Shown here in pieces: positions 30,458-39,329 of a DNA stretch of 57,627 bases. How positions within the stretch are numbered: the stretch's first letter is position 1; every line of letters starts with the position of its first letter. Source of the stretch: Cellvibrionales bacterium UBA1963 (GTDB lineage: Bacteria > Pseudomonadota > Gammaproteobacteria > Pseudomonadales > UBA7434); assembly GCA_002336035.1 (NCBI GenBank), contig DDED01000177.1, positions 1 to 57,627 of the forward strand, written 5' to 3'. The notes under the pieces are model-generated. The model was not told the DNA's origin and did not search any database. It saw only the letters and a program-made list of their open reading frames with translations. The translations under genes were made by a program, and so were the position numbers.

Positions 30458-30985
30458 TTAAACAACATCTTCCTGAGGTCTTTGTCGGGCAAGTGAGGGA
30501 TTGAGCGCAATGACCGGCAACTGTCGGATACCCTTAGTCATTTTTGTGTAGTGACTATATCCCCCATCGGCGTTAACAAGCGCAAATCCTCGCGTCCGTT
30601 GGTCATTACTTAAAATGGTTGCCTTAACAAACAACCACTTTCGATTGACGCAAACCCATGCGCTATTATGCACTCTAATATTTAAACACCAAACAGCGTC
30701 GCTTGCTCTGCCACCGTGTGAACCTACTACCAAATATTGATCATCATCTTTTACGTAAGGCAAAACTACCGATTTTATTTTGCCACTGCGCCAGTGAATA
30801 GTTTTTAAAATTAAATGAGGACGATCTGCATAACCTCCCGCCCTGGTAAACATTTTTCCCATAAATGACACGTTAAACCAGCGCATTAGCCACCGATCGA
30901 CAGCCAAACCTTTAGGGTTAGCAAGTCTGGGAATCATGGCTTGCCAAAAGCGACTAGGCGTTAATTGTTTGTCCGTCGTTAACAT
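30458..30985 (-). CDS. DUF385 / Ddn-like (deazaflavin-dependent nitroreductase family) protein
   Basis: LKTIHWRSGKIKSVVLPYVKDDDQYLVVGSHGGRASDAVWCLNIRVH matches the split-barrel pattern T.GRKSG..R..PL.y..dGd.yvvvaS.gG....P.WyhNL as I recall it. Confidence 0.7.
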   Translation of the reverse strand: MLTTDKQLTPSRFWQAMIPRLANPKGLAVDRWLMRWFNVSFMGKMFTRAGGYADRPHLILKTIHWRSGKIKSVVLPYVKDDDQYLVVGSHGGRASDAVWCLNIRVHNSAWVCVNRKWLFVKATILSNDQRTRGFALVNADGGYSHYTKMTKGIRQLPVIALNPSLARQRPQEDVV

Positions 30986-31000
30986 TGCAATCCTGCGGGA

Positions 31001-31687
31001 TTATTTAAAGAAATATTCGCTCATTGGCACGGAAAACATATTGTTGACGTCACAAAAACCGGGAATCTCAGCAATCATTGCTTGAACCACTTCAGCAGAA
31101 CCAAAATAACGACTGTCATCAATAAAGTCTTCTAACTCATGAAAATGCTCGGCTACAATCGCACGGTATGGCGGTGCGTTCTTAGTCAAAGGTCTAGCCA
31201 CAGCATCGCGAACATAAGACCATCGAAGAGGATGCAAATCAAAGGACAACGCCGAATGATCAACCTGCCAATTATGATAAAAATCTTCATCACTCACATC
31301 ATCAGGCTTGCCATTTGCACCAAACTGAGTGACGCCTGGCCGTCGTGCGCCTCCCTCCCAGACAGGATCGAAAGTTTGCAACACAGACTCAGTAACCAAA
31401 TAACCGGTTATTTGGCCTGCGAGGCTCGCCAAATAAGCTTCAATGGGATCTCGACTATCGAGACAATTGTGCCAAAAAGAGACCACTGCTTGCACCTTTT
31501 GCCAATCACCAATTAACCGACCAGCCGCGTCAGCTTTAAACTGCTTATTCATATCGGCAATATTAATAGTGATATTAAATGCACCTAATTCGCGTAGTTG
31601 AGTTATCGCAGATGAACGTAACTGTTGACTTAAATCGACCAGTAATACTTGCTCACTGGAGCCAATCATATAAACGAACTTTTCCAT
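31001..31687 (-). CDS. Hypothetical protein; the C-terminal half is possibly EthD-like
   Basis: A clean 228-aa ORF, tightly spaced (15 and 24 bp) within the operon. Only a weak by-eye resemblance to EthD (..DEDFYHNWQVDHS..). Confidence 0.55.
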   Translation of the reverse strand: MEKFVYMIGSSEQVLLVDLSQQLRSSAITQLRELGAFNITINIADMNKQFKADAAGRLIGDWQKVQAVVSFWHNCLDSRDPIEAYLASLAGQITGYLVTESVLQTFDPVWEGGARRPGVTQFGANGKPDDVSDEDFYHNWQVDHSALSFDLHPLRWSYVRDAVARPLTKNAPPYRAIVAEHFHELEDFIDDSRYFGSAEVVQAMIAEIPGFCDVNNMFSVPMSEYFFK

Positions 31688-31711
31688 TATTAATCTCTCT
31701 ATCTCGTGATT

Positions 31712-33865
31712 TTATACGGCACAAACATCAACAATGACACCATTCATATGCGTCATGCCTGAAAGTGGCTCTATTGAATCTGGGCCATCAGGAATAATAA
31801 TATTCACGTTAACACCTAGGGTTTGCTGTGCTATTGATAAACCATTGGCTTGCTGGTGTCCCCAGCCATGGGGCACAGCAATAGAACCTAGCTTCATATC
31901 ATCATCAATTTTTACTGGTAACTTTATGCTATTGCCATTTTTACTGACTTTTGCCATCGCGCCTTCAACTAAGCCATGACGCATTGCATCGCTAGAATGT
32001 ATGTATAAATAATTGGTGTGACGATCACCTGCCACAAATGCATCAACATTGTGCGCCCAACTATTATGGCTAAATCGCTCACGCTTTTGAATTAATTTGA
32101 GCGCATCTTTATCGCGTATTTCGTCATTGTAGATCTGCACTAAAGTCTCGACTCTAGCCACTAAATCGGCTGGAGCCAACTCTACTTTTGATGAAGGTGT
32201 ATTTACTCGCTGACCTAAGTAATCACCCGGCTTATTGGGCGATAATTTTTTACCGTTAGGGAATTTACGCATTTCTTTAATGCCTCCTAACTTAGCCGAA
32301 CGAATCATGCCGGCTAAAAACAGCTTATCTAAACTTGTCAAACTTCCAATGAATGGAATCTTAGCCAATAATTCTGCAGTATTGCTTAGCCATTGAAACG
32401 GCTTAGATGCAGACAATGGTCGGCCTGCTGCACGACAAATTTGCCTAAAAATAAGACCTTCATCTCTTGCTTGAGCAGGCGGCTTTATTACCTCGTCGGT
32501 GTAATCAAAGCTTCGATTAGGCATCAAACCCATCATAGTAAAAAAGTAAAAAGGAACATCTGCACGTTCCAGCGAATGTAAGCCTGGCAAAATATAGTCG
32601 GCGAATTCAGCAGTTTCATTGCGAAAAATATCGATGCATACAAACAGCTCAAGATCAGAAAAAGCATTGGCTAAACGATCACTGCCACCACAAGTCAGTA
32701 GTGGATTGCCCGACATATTAAACATAGCACGCACCTTACCCTTGCCAGGTGCCAAAATTTCGTCAGCCATAATGCCAGCTGGTATTGTACTGTTAACGTA
32801 AGGAATATTATTAATTCGGGACCGAGGTAATTCAGACGGCGCATCAAACTTGGGAAAAACACCTCGCCCAGCTAAAACTCCACCACGTTTATCAAGGTTA
32901 CCTGTGATCGCATTGATCGCTTCTTGTAACCAATAGACCATCAATCCATGACGACTTTGATTTACACCAGTCGAAGAATATATAGCCGCGCCATCAGCAG
33001 CTAAGTAACAGTCAACCATTTCCCTCAACTGCTCGGCAGATACACGAGTCACTTCAGCAACCCGCTCTGGCGTCCATGGTTTGGCCACATCTGCTAGGGC
33101 ATCATAGCCTTGCATAAAGTCGGCAACACGCTGAAATTTAACTGCACCGCGATCAATCACTTCATGCAAGAAGCCCAACATGAAGAAAACATCAGTGTCT
33201 GGCCTTATCGCAACATGCTCACCTAAGCGTTTAGCAGATTCAGTCAGTCGAGGATTCAGCCAATAAACTTTACCGCCACGCTGTTCAATTGCAGCTATTT
33301 TTTCCATCGGATTAGGCACGGAAATAAAACTCATTTTTGAGATTAGCGGATTACTTCCTACAGCAATTAAGCACTGACTGTGTTCTATATCAGGAAAAAC
33401 CTGATCATTAGCACTGCCAAATAAACGCTCCCCACCAGAGAATTTATTGGCGCAGTCTTGCGTACCCGGTGTGAATAACTTATCGGCATCAAACGCTTTT
33501 AAGAAGAAGGTCATTACGGTCGTTGGCCAAAGATTAAAGCCAATCGGGTTGCCCATATAAGCAGCAATGGATTCACCACCATGATGACTATGAATCGACT
33601 TTAAACGCTGACCAATCTCAGCTATGGCCTGCGGCCAACTAATCGGCTCAAAACCGTTAGCAACTTTTTTTAATGGTTGAGTTAAGCGATCAGGGCTGTG
33701 TAAAAAATCACCCATCTTTAAACCTTTAATACACGCATAACCCTCACTTGTTACATGATCCTTGTTCGGTTTAATGTCAATAATCCGATCATGTTCGCTT
33801 GTCACAACTAGGCCACATTGCGCCTCGCAAATACGACAAAAAGTTTTATGCTGCTTAGCACTCAT
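31712..33865 (-). CDS. Molybdopterin (bis-MGD) oxidoreductase, cytoplasmic stand-alone catalytic subunit
   Basis: The N-terminal CRICEAQCG...YACIKG motif is a 4Fe-4S site of the MopB superfamily. 717 aa. No twin-arginine signal. Confidence 0.85.
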   Translation of the reverse strand: MSAKQHKTFCRICEAQCGLVVTSEHDRIIDIKPNKDHVTSEGYACIKGLKMGDFLHSPDRLTQPLKKVANGFEPISWPQAIAEIGQRLKSIHSHHGGESIAAYMGNPIGFNLWPTTVMTFFLKAFDADKLFTPGTQDCANKFSGGERLFGSANDQVFPDIEHSQCLIAVGSNPLISKMSFISVPNPMEKIAAIEQRGGKVYWLNPRLTESAKRLGEHVAIRPDTDVFFMLGFLHEVIDRGAVKFQRVADFMQGYDALADVAKPWTPERVAEVTRVSAEQLREMVDCYLAADGAAIYSSTGVNQSRHGLMVYWLQEAINAITGNLDKRGGVLAGRGVFPKFDAPSELPRSRINNIPYVNSTIPAGIMADEILAPGKGKVRAMFNMSGNPLLTCGGSDRLANAFSDLELFVCIDIFRNETAEFADYILPGLHSLERADVPFYFFTMMGLMPNRSFDYTDEVIKPPAQARDEGLIFRQICRAAGRPLSASKPFQWLSNTAELLAKIPFIGSLTSLDKLFLAGMIRSAKLGGIKEMRKFPNGKKLSPNKPGDYLGQRVNTPSSKVELAPADLVARVETLVQIYNDEIRDKDALKLIQKRERFSHNSWAHNVDAFVAGDRHTNYLYIHSSDAMRHGLVEGAMAKVSKNGNSIKLPVKIDDDMKLGSIAVPHGWGHQQANGLSIAQQTLGVNVNIIIPDGPDSIEPLSGMTHMNGVIVDVCAV

Positions 33866-33885
33866 ATATATGGCCTAAAAGTTAA

Positions 33886-35799
33886 CTACGGTTGATACCA
33901 AATCGCAGAGGTGTAAGCTCTCTCTTGCGTAGTGGCTGATACTCCATTTGGTAACGACTGGTTAAAATTAACTGCATCATAGGTAGTCCATCGGGGCGTT
34001 GGAATTTCTAATACTCGCGCATAATAAAAAGCCGCTTGCTGGGGATTAAAATCTGGGTCTGTCCAGCGCGTTGCCAATGCCACTTCACCAATACTGTTTT
34101 TAAAGTCAGCAGTTTTTACGTTGACTGTATTGCCTACCAAACGCCTAACGCGACCGTTACGCTTGATACGACGATTATCAGATACAGCGACATCATAAAT
34201 ACGTTCATGTAATTGTCCATCAACGGATTGCCAGCCCTTAATGACTTGAATACGGTCTAAATTTGCACCTTTAGGATCTTTTAATGCGCTTAGCATAAAA
34301 ACGGGAGCGTCCATAGAAGCGGTTAACTCTCCGCCCATAGGTACGCCGCCGCGATATCCCGCAGCAGCAAAATCAGCATCGTAGAGGTCATCATCGGTGT
34401 AACCAAAACCACCAAAAAATCTAACGGCTATTCGCGGCCCTGTTGAGGCATAAACTTCACGACGCTTAAATGCATCAAATATTGCCGCACGAGTGTTTTC
34501 GGCAGCCCATACAGCCGCATAACCCGAGGCTGCTGATTCACTATTTTTAACAGTCACTAAGGCGCCGCCTTCGCCCTCAGTCGACCAGTCAGCTGATATT
34601 CGTTCAGCTGTTGGACCAACTACCGGCGACTTTCCCCAGAAATTCTTATGATCAGCGGTCGCTAGCCCTGTATGAGAATCAGTGCTACCAATGACACCAA
34701 ATTGATAAGGATTAACACCAACGTCAGCCTTAATAGCTAAGCCACGCTTCAATCCTTCTCGCACATAACTGCCAGCTAACATTTCATTGGTGTAGAGTCG
34801 GTTATTAAAAATATTTCCTTTGTCCCAATTGTCGTAATCAGCAAACTCATCGCCGGGTGAAAGAAATGGGTGCGATTCACTGTCACCTTTAATTTGTGTG
34901 ATCTCAACTACCGGTTCCCAGCGTTTTCGAGTCGAAGCATAAGCTTTACTCATAGGACCCGTTGATGTTTCTACATCAAACATTAATCCTGAGCTCAAAT
35001 TACTGTTATGCGGAATAGCTAGCACTTGCCCGCCCGTTTTATCTTCATAGTCTTGCAAACCATTCCATAATTTTTCTGGGTGGTAGGCGGTCGGATCCAT
35101 CATTGCCGCTATCACACTCACTGGATGCGTTTGCGAGACCTTTTCAGCACCATCACGATACATGACAACACGGTGAAGATTATCGCCATTAGGTGTCGAG
35201 CTCCATTCATAGCCAATAAGGGCGGTGAATTCACCGGGTTGATTATGTCGCTCTGCACTGGCAATAATTTCTTGCCAAGCACTATTAGCTGCACGATTTG
35301 ATGCTGTAGATCCATCAAGTAAAAACATCGCTGCGCTTGATAATGCTACATTTACAGTCTCTATTTGACTGACATTAGCTGGAATAGCATCTAGACCACG
35401 CTCTACGATATTTAACGCCAACTGTAATCGTTGCTCTTGTTGTTGTTCAGCCGTCGGATGACGCAATTGCCAGATAGCACTCATAGTTTCAGCATGATCT
35501 GAGACCAATAGAAAGTCTAACGGCGTTTCTAACTGTGCCGGCTTACCTAAACTCGCCTGCACTACTTCACCTTTGGCAAAACGATAGGCCTCATCTGGCC
35601 CAACTAGTTTATTACCAAATAAAGCAGAGTCACCAGACAATACTGTATGGACGTGTGTGTCACCCCAAAGTAATTGGGTTTGTGATGTAACAACATCAAG
35701 TATTTTGTCAGATTGGCTATAAGCAGAGCTTACTGCCTGCCCGTGAGAATAAAGGCTGAAAAAAATGAGGGAACAGCCGGCTAATTTTTTAAAGACCAT
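33886..35799 (-). CDS. DUF3604-family protein (PHP-like metal site), secreted
   Basis: Sec-type signal peptide. GDTHVHTVLSGDS is the DUF3604 hallmark as I recall it. 637 aa. Confidence 0.7.
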   Translation of the reverse strand: MVFKKLAGCSLIFFSLYSHGQAVSSAYSQSDKILDVVTSQTQLLWGDTHVHTVLSGDSALFGNKLVGPDEAYRFAKGEVVQASLGKPAQLETPLDFLLVSDHAETMSAIWQLRHPTAEQQQEQRLQLALNIVERGLDAIPANVSQIETVNVALSSAAMFLLDGSTASNRAANSAWQEIIASAERHNQPGEFTALIGYEWSSTPNGDNLHRVVMYRDGAEKVSQTHPVSVIAAMMDPTAYHPEKLWNGLQDYEDKTGGQVLAIPHNSNLSSGLMFDVETSTGPMSKAYASTRKRWEPVVEITQIKGDSESHPFLSPGDEFADYDNWDKGNIFNNRLYTNEMLAGSYVREGLKRGLAIKADVGVNPYQFGVIGSTDSHTGLATADHKNFWGKSPVVGPTAERISADWSTEGEGGALVTVKNSESAASGYAAVWAAENTRAAIFDAFKRREVYASTGPRIAVRFFGGFGYTDDDLYDADFAAAGYRGGVPMGGELTASMDAPVFMLSALKDPKGANLDRIQVIKGWQSVDGQLHERIYDVAVSDNRRIKRNGRVRRLVGNTVNVKTADFKNSIGEVALATRWTDPDFNPQQAAFYYARVLEIPTPRWTTYDAVNFNQSLPNGVSATTQERAYTSAIWYQP

Positions 35800-35823
35800 A
35801 GTTCATACCTATTAATAATTAAT

Positions 35824-36768
35824 CTATGCGTTTGCTGCTAATTGTCGACCTAATGTATAACCGCCCTCTATTGTGGTTCTATTAATTAACCGCTTTATTC
35901 CTGCTCGAGTACCGGTTGTGCAATGCATCGCTCGCCAATTATCCCATAAAACCATATCGCCGATACGCCAATCATGCCAATAATGAAACTCTGGCCTTCG
36001 AATATGTTCAATCAACTCATGAAGCAGTTGGTCAGATTCAGCTTGTGTCATGCCGACTTTTTCAGGCTCTATTACTCGATCTAAAAATTGCTCAACAATT
36101 TCTAAAATTTTATCGCCTGTCTCTGGATGGGTAACCACCATGGGATAAATCGCGTCAGGAAAATCTGGGAAGCCTACGTCTGAAGGGCTTTTAGGACTAA
36201 ATGGGCCTGGCTCATAACCGCTATTATCGGCAAACCGCCATTTTATTCGCTGCATTTCAAACGTATAAGCCACATCTAAATCAGCGATTTTATTTTTCAG
36301 TTGCTCAGGCAAGGCGCTATAAGCTTTTGCTAAGTCGCCAAACCCCGTCAAACCGTCTTCTTCGGCCACATGCACTGCCGACAAAATAGCACCTCGATTG
36401 GGTTTGCCGGTGTAGTGTAAATCCATGTGCCAGATCAGCCGATTAACGATGGCTTCACCGTCATAATAAGCAGTATTGAATTTGTCTGTCTCACCACCGT
36501 TTTCCAATATAAATAATTCTGGGTACTCTGATGAAGTAGTGGCTTTAAGCGGATGCATCTCAAGCGGCCCAAAAATACGGCTAAAATCAATCAAACTTTC
36601 GGGCGTAATGTCAGGCTGATCACGAAAAACTACAATGCCGTGCTCTAACCAAATTGCATGAAGTTGAGATTTTATTTCCTCACTAATGGGTTGATTAATA
36701 TCAAGGCCAGACACCTCAACCCCAACGTTATTTAGTTTCTGAATTGTTAATTCATTATTCTTTTCCAT
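35824..36768 (-). CDS. TauD/TfdA-family Fe(II)/2-oxoglutarate dioxygenase
   Basis: The size, the WHMDLHY (HxD) motif and a C-terminal WDNWRAMH...R are typical of the family. Confidence 0.8.
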   Translation of the reverse strand: MEKNNELTIQKLNNVGVEVSGLDINQPISEEIKSQLHAIWLEHGIVVFRDQPDITPESLIDFSRIFGPLEMHPLKATTSSEYPELFILENGGETDKFNTAYYDGEAIVNRLIWHMDLHYTGKPNRGAILSAVHVAEEDGLTGFGDLAKAYSALPEQLKNKIADLDVAYTFEMQRIKWRFADNSGYEPGPFSPKSPSDVGFPDFPDAIYPMVVTHPETGDKILEIVEQFLDRVIEPEKVGMTQAESDQLLHELIEHIRRPEFHYWHDWRIGDMVLWDNWRAMHCTTGTRAGIKRLINRTTIEGGYTLGRQLAANA

Positions 36769-36812
36769 AGTGATGTACGCCCTATTATTTATTATATTAT
36801 CGTCACATGTCC

Positions 36813-36838
36813 GCGATAAGCGATAAGCGATAAGCGAC
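36813..36838. repeat. Tandem heptamer (GCGATAA)x3 plus a partial unit
   Basis: Read directly in the 130-bp spacer upstream of the TauD-like gene. Confidence 0.8.
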
Positions 36839-36898
36839 TAAAGATCAAGCCTCGCTTGTAATGAAGGATAAAAGAACTATCCGACGGCAATACTCGGC

Positions 36899-38152
36899 TT
36901 ATAAATCGCTTTTTTCAGGTTCAAAGGTTGTCACTGATAACATCGCAATAGCAACCATTAAAATGACTATACCCACTTGGTAGATTACGTCAAACGAACC
37001 CGCTTTGCTACTGAGCAAACCGGCCAAAGGAATAACTGTGAGTGAAAAAGGCAAACCCATCAAACCGTAAATACCGATGACACGGCCAGCAATAGCTCGA
37101 CCAAAGCGAGAGCCTGCAGAATTCGGTTGCATCGGCATAAATGCACCTACGCCTAGGCCAACTGACGCAGCAGCAGCAAGACTTACAAGATAACCCGGGT
37201 GACTCAGGTAAACCATGAACCCGAGTATGATAATCAACTGCGACGCTATTAACACTCGCTTAGGACCGATTCGATCAGCAATTAGTCCGGCACTGATACT
37301 GCCAATGATGCTGGCAAAAGAAATAGCCGATATAGCATAAGCCGCTTGAATCTTACCAACACCCGTTGATTCTAAAAATGGCACTATATAAGTACCATTA
37401 GCCAATGAAACCATGCTCATCATACCAAACGCGGTAGCAGTAAACCAAAGATCTCGACTACCAAGAGCCAGCTTAAAATCAGCGTCATCTTCTTCACTGC
37501 AATCGGCATCTGCCGCACTAGCATTGACTTTTAAACCATCCGGAAACTGACCCACATCCTCGGGAGTTCGGGTAACGCCAAAAGCAATCGCAACAAAAGC
37601 GATGCCACCTACGACGTAGGACAATGTCTGTAAAGCAAAACGCCAATCGTTGTCTACCGAGCCATTCGCCATTAACCATGCAGTTGCTGGCGGCAACCAC
37701 AATCCACCTATGGCTAAACCGACTGCCAATATTGATAAGGCCGTGGCCCGGCGCTCAATAAACCAATTAGTCACAATACCATTACACGGGACCATTCCGT
37801 GAATAACAACGCCTAGCGACGTAATGAGCATCCCAAGCGCAAGCAGAGCACCCGAATTTACACGCGTCATAATAGCGATGCCAAGGACCATTAATACTAC
37901 GCCCAAAAGCATCACCGGTTTTATGGGGCCTTTGTCAGTGAGCTTCCCAAGAATGGGTGCGGTAAGTCCCACCATTAACATGAAAATTGATATGCCCATG
38001 CCAACCACGGCTAAATCGAGGCCGAAATCGTCTGCAACGGTTGAGTAGACGACCCCAAAGGTATTCACTAATGCCATGCTTAATGACACGACAAACGCCA
38101 AAACGATACACACTCGCCAACCACTAAATGCTTGCTGATCTATATTGATCAA
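36899..38152 (-). CDS. MFS transporter
   Basis: About 12 TM segments and an acidic central loop (ADADCSEEDDADF). TTG start with AAGGA about 10 nt upstream. Confidence 0.85.
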   Translation of the reverse strand: MINIDQQAFSGWRVCIVLAFVVSLSMALVNTFGVVYSTVADDFGLDLAVVGMGISIFMLMVGLTAPILGKLTDKGPIKPVMLLGVVLMVLGIAIMTRVNSGALLALGMLITSLGVVIHGMVPCNGIVTNWFIERRATALSILAVGLAIGGLWLPPATAWLMANGSVDNDWRFALQTLSYVVGGIAFVAIAFGVTRTPEDVGQFPDGLKVNASAADADCSEEDDADFKLALGSRDLWFTATAFGMMSMVSLANGTYIVPFLESTGVGKIQAAYAISAISFASIIGSISAGLIADRIGPKRVLIASQLIIILGFMVYLSHPGYLVSLAAAASVGLGVGAFMPMQPNSAGSRFGRAIAGRVIGIYGLMGLPFSLTVIPLAGLLSSKAGSFDVIYQVGIVILMVAIAMLSVTTFEPEKSDL

Positions 38153-38176
38153 AATAATTTTTCCTTAGCTAATTAT

Positions 38177-39286
38177 CTATGCGCCAACTTTCATTACAGT
38201 ACGAATTTCACGACCATGGTGAAGGTCATCAAAAGCTTCGTTAATTTCTTCTAACGGGCGTGTTCTACCCACCATCGATGCTAAATCCAGTTGTTCATTT
38301 TGGTAAGCTGACATCATTCGCGGAATATCAAACGTAGAATTACATGAGCCCAACAAACAGCCACAGAGTTTCTTTTCCATTGAAGTGAAAATCACCACGT
38401 TATCTATTGTCACACCTTGCTCGATCGGTGGCGCACCGACACATACGGTCATCCCCCCTGCTCGACTGGCCTGAATACCCTGTTCAATTAATACTGCCAG
38501 ACCTGCTGTTTCAAATGAATAGTCAACGCCTATGTTGTCGGTTAGTGTCATACAAACAGCAACTACGTCCTCTGCATTTGGGTCAATAGTATGCGTAGCG
38601 CCTAAACGCATTGCTAACTCACGACGCTCAGGCAAGGGATCTGACACAATGATTTTACTTGCCGAAGCTAATTTAGCACCCTGAACAGTCGCTAAACCAA
38701 TGCCTCCTAACCCCAAAATCAAGGTCGTTGCGCCCGCCTCTACATCAGCGGTATTTAATACTGCACCAACACCTGTTTGCATTGCACAGCCAACCACGCA
38801 AGCAATATCTAATGGAATATCCTGCGCTATTTTAATTGCACCAGTGCTTGGACAGACCACCTGTTCAGCTAACGATGCAACGCCAACGCCTTTTAAAATT
38901 TCTTTACCCTGCCGCGACAAACCGGTGACACCATCGTGTAGACGATTAGTCATGATACTCTGACCATTAGTACACAATGAGTGATCAGAACGCTGGCAGT
39001 AGTAGCAGGTTCCACATGGTGGAACAGGAGTTAACACCACATGATCACCAACTGCCAAATGACGAACTCCAGGCCCTATCGACTCAATGACACCGGCAGC
39101 TTCATGACCTACGATGATCGGTCCCGCTAAAGGGCCCATCGCACCCGATATAACGCTATAATCGGAGTGACATAAACTACAATAAGCAACGTTTACTCTT
39201 ATCTCGCCAGCCCTCGGTTCAATAATATCAACATCATCAACCACTTCGATGGGTTTACCTTGCTCAAACAATACAGCTGCTTTCAT
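38177..39286 (-). CDS. Zinc-dependent alcohol dehydrogenase (class III-like MDR)
   Basis: CHSD, GHEAAG, the structural-zinc motif CGTCYYCQ..C, and the GLGGIGLA Rossmann motif. Confidence 0.9.
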   Translation of the reverse strand: MKAAVLFEQGKPIEVVDDVDIIEPRAGEIRVNVAYCSLCHSDYSVISGAMGPLAGPIIVGHEAAGVIESIGPGVRHLAVGDHVVLTPVPPCGTCYYCQRSDHSLCTNGQSIMTNRLHDGVTGLSRQGKEILKGVGVASLAEQVVCPSTGAIKIAQDIPLDIACVVGCAMQTGVGAVLNTADVEAGATTLILGLGGIGLATVQGAKLASASKIIVSDPLPERRELAMRLGATHTIDPNAEDVVAVCMTLTDNIGVDYSFETAGLAVLIEQGIQASRAGGMTVCVGAPPIEQGVTIDNVVIFTSMEKKLCGCLLGSCNSTFDIPRMMSAYQNEQLDLASMVGRTRPLEEINEAFDDLHHGREIRTVMKVGA

Positions 39287-39329
39287 TTGTCTCTAACCTC
39301 AATCGAATCAGTTAATAAAGTGGCTTATC

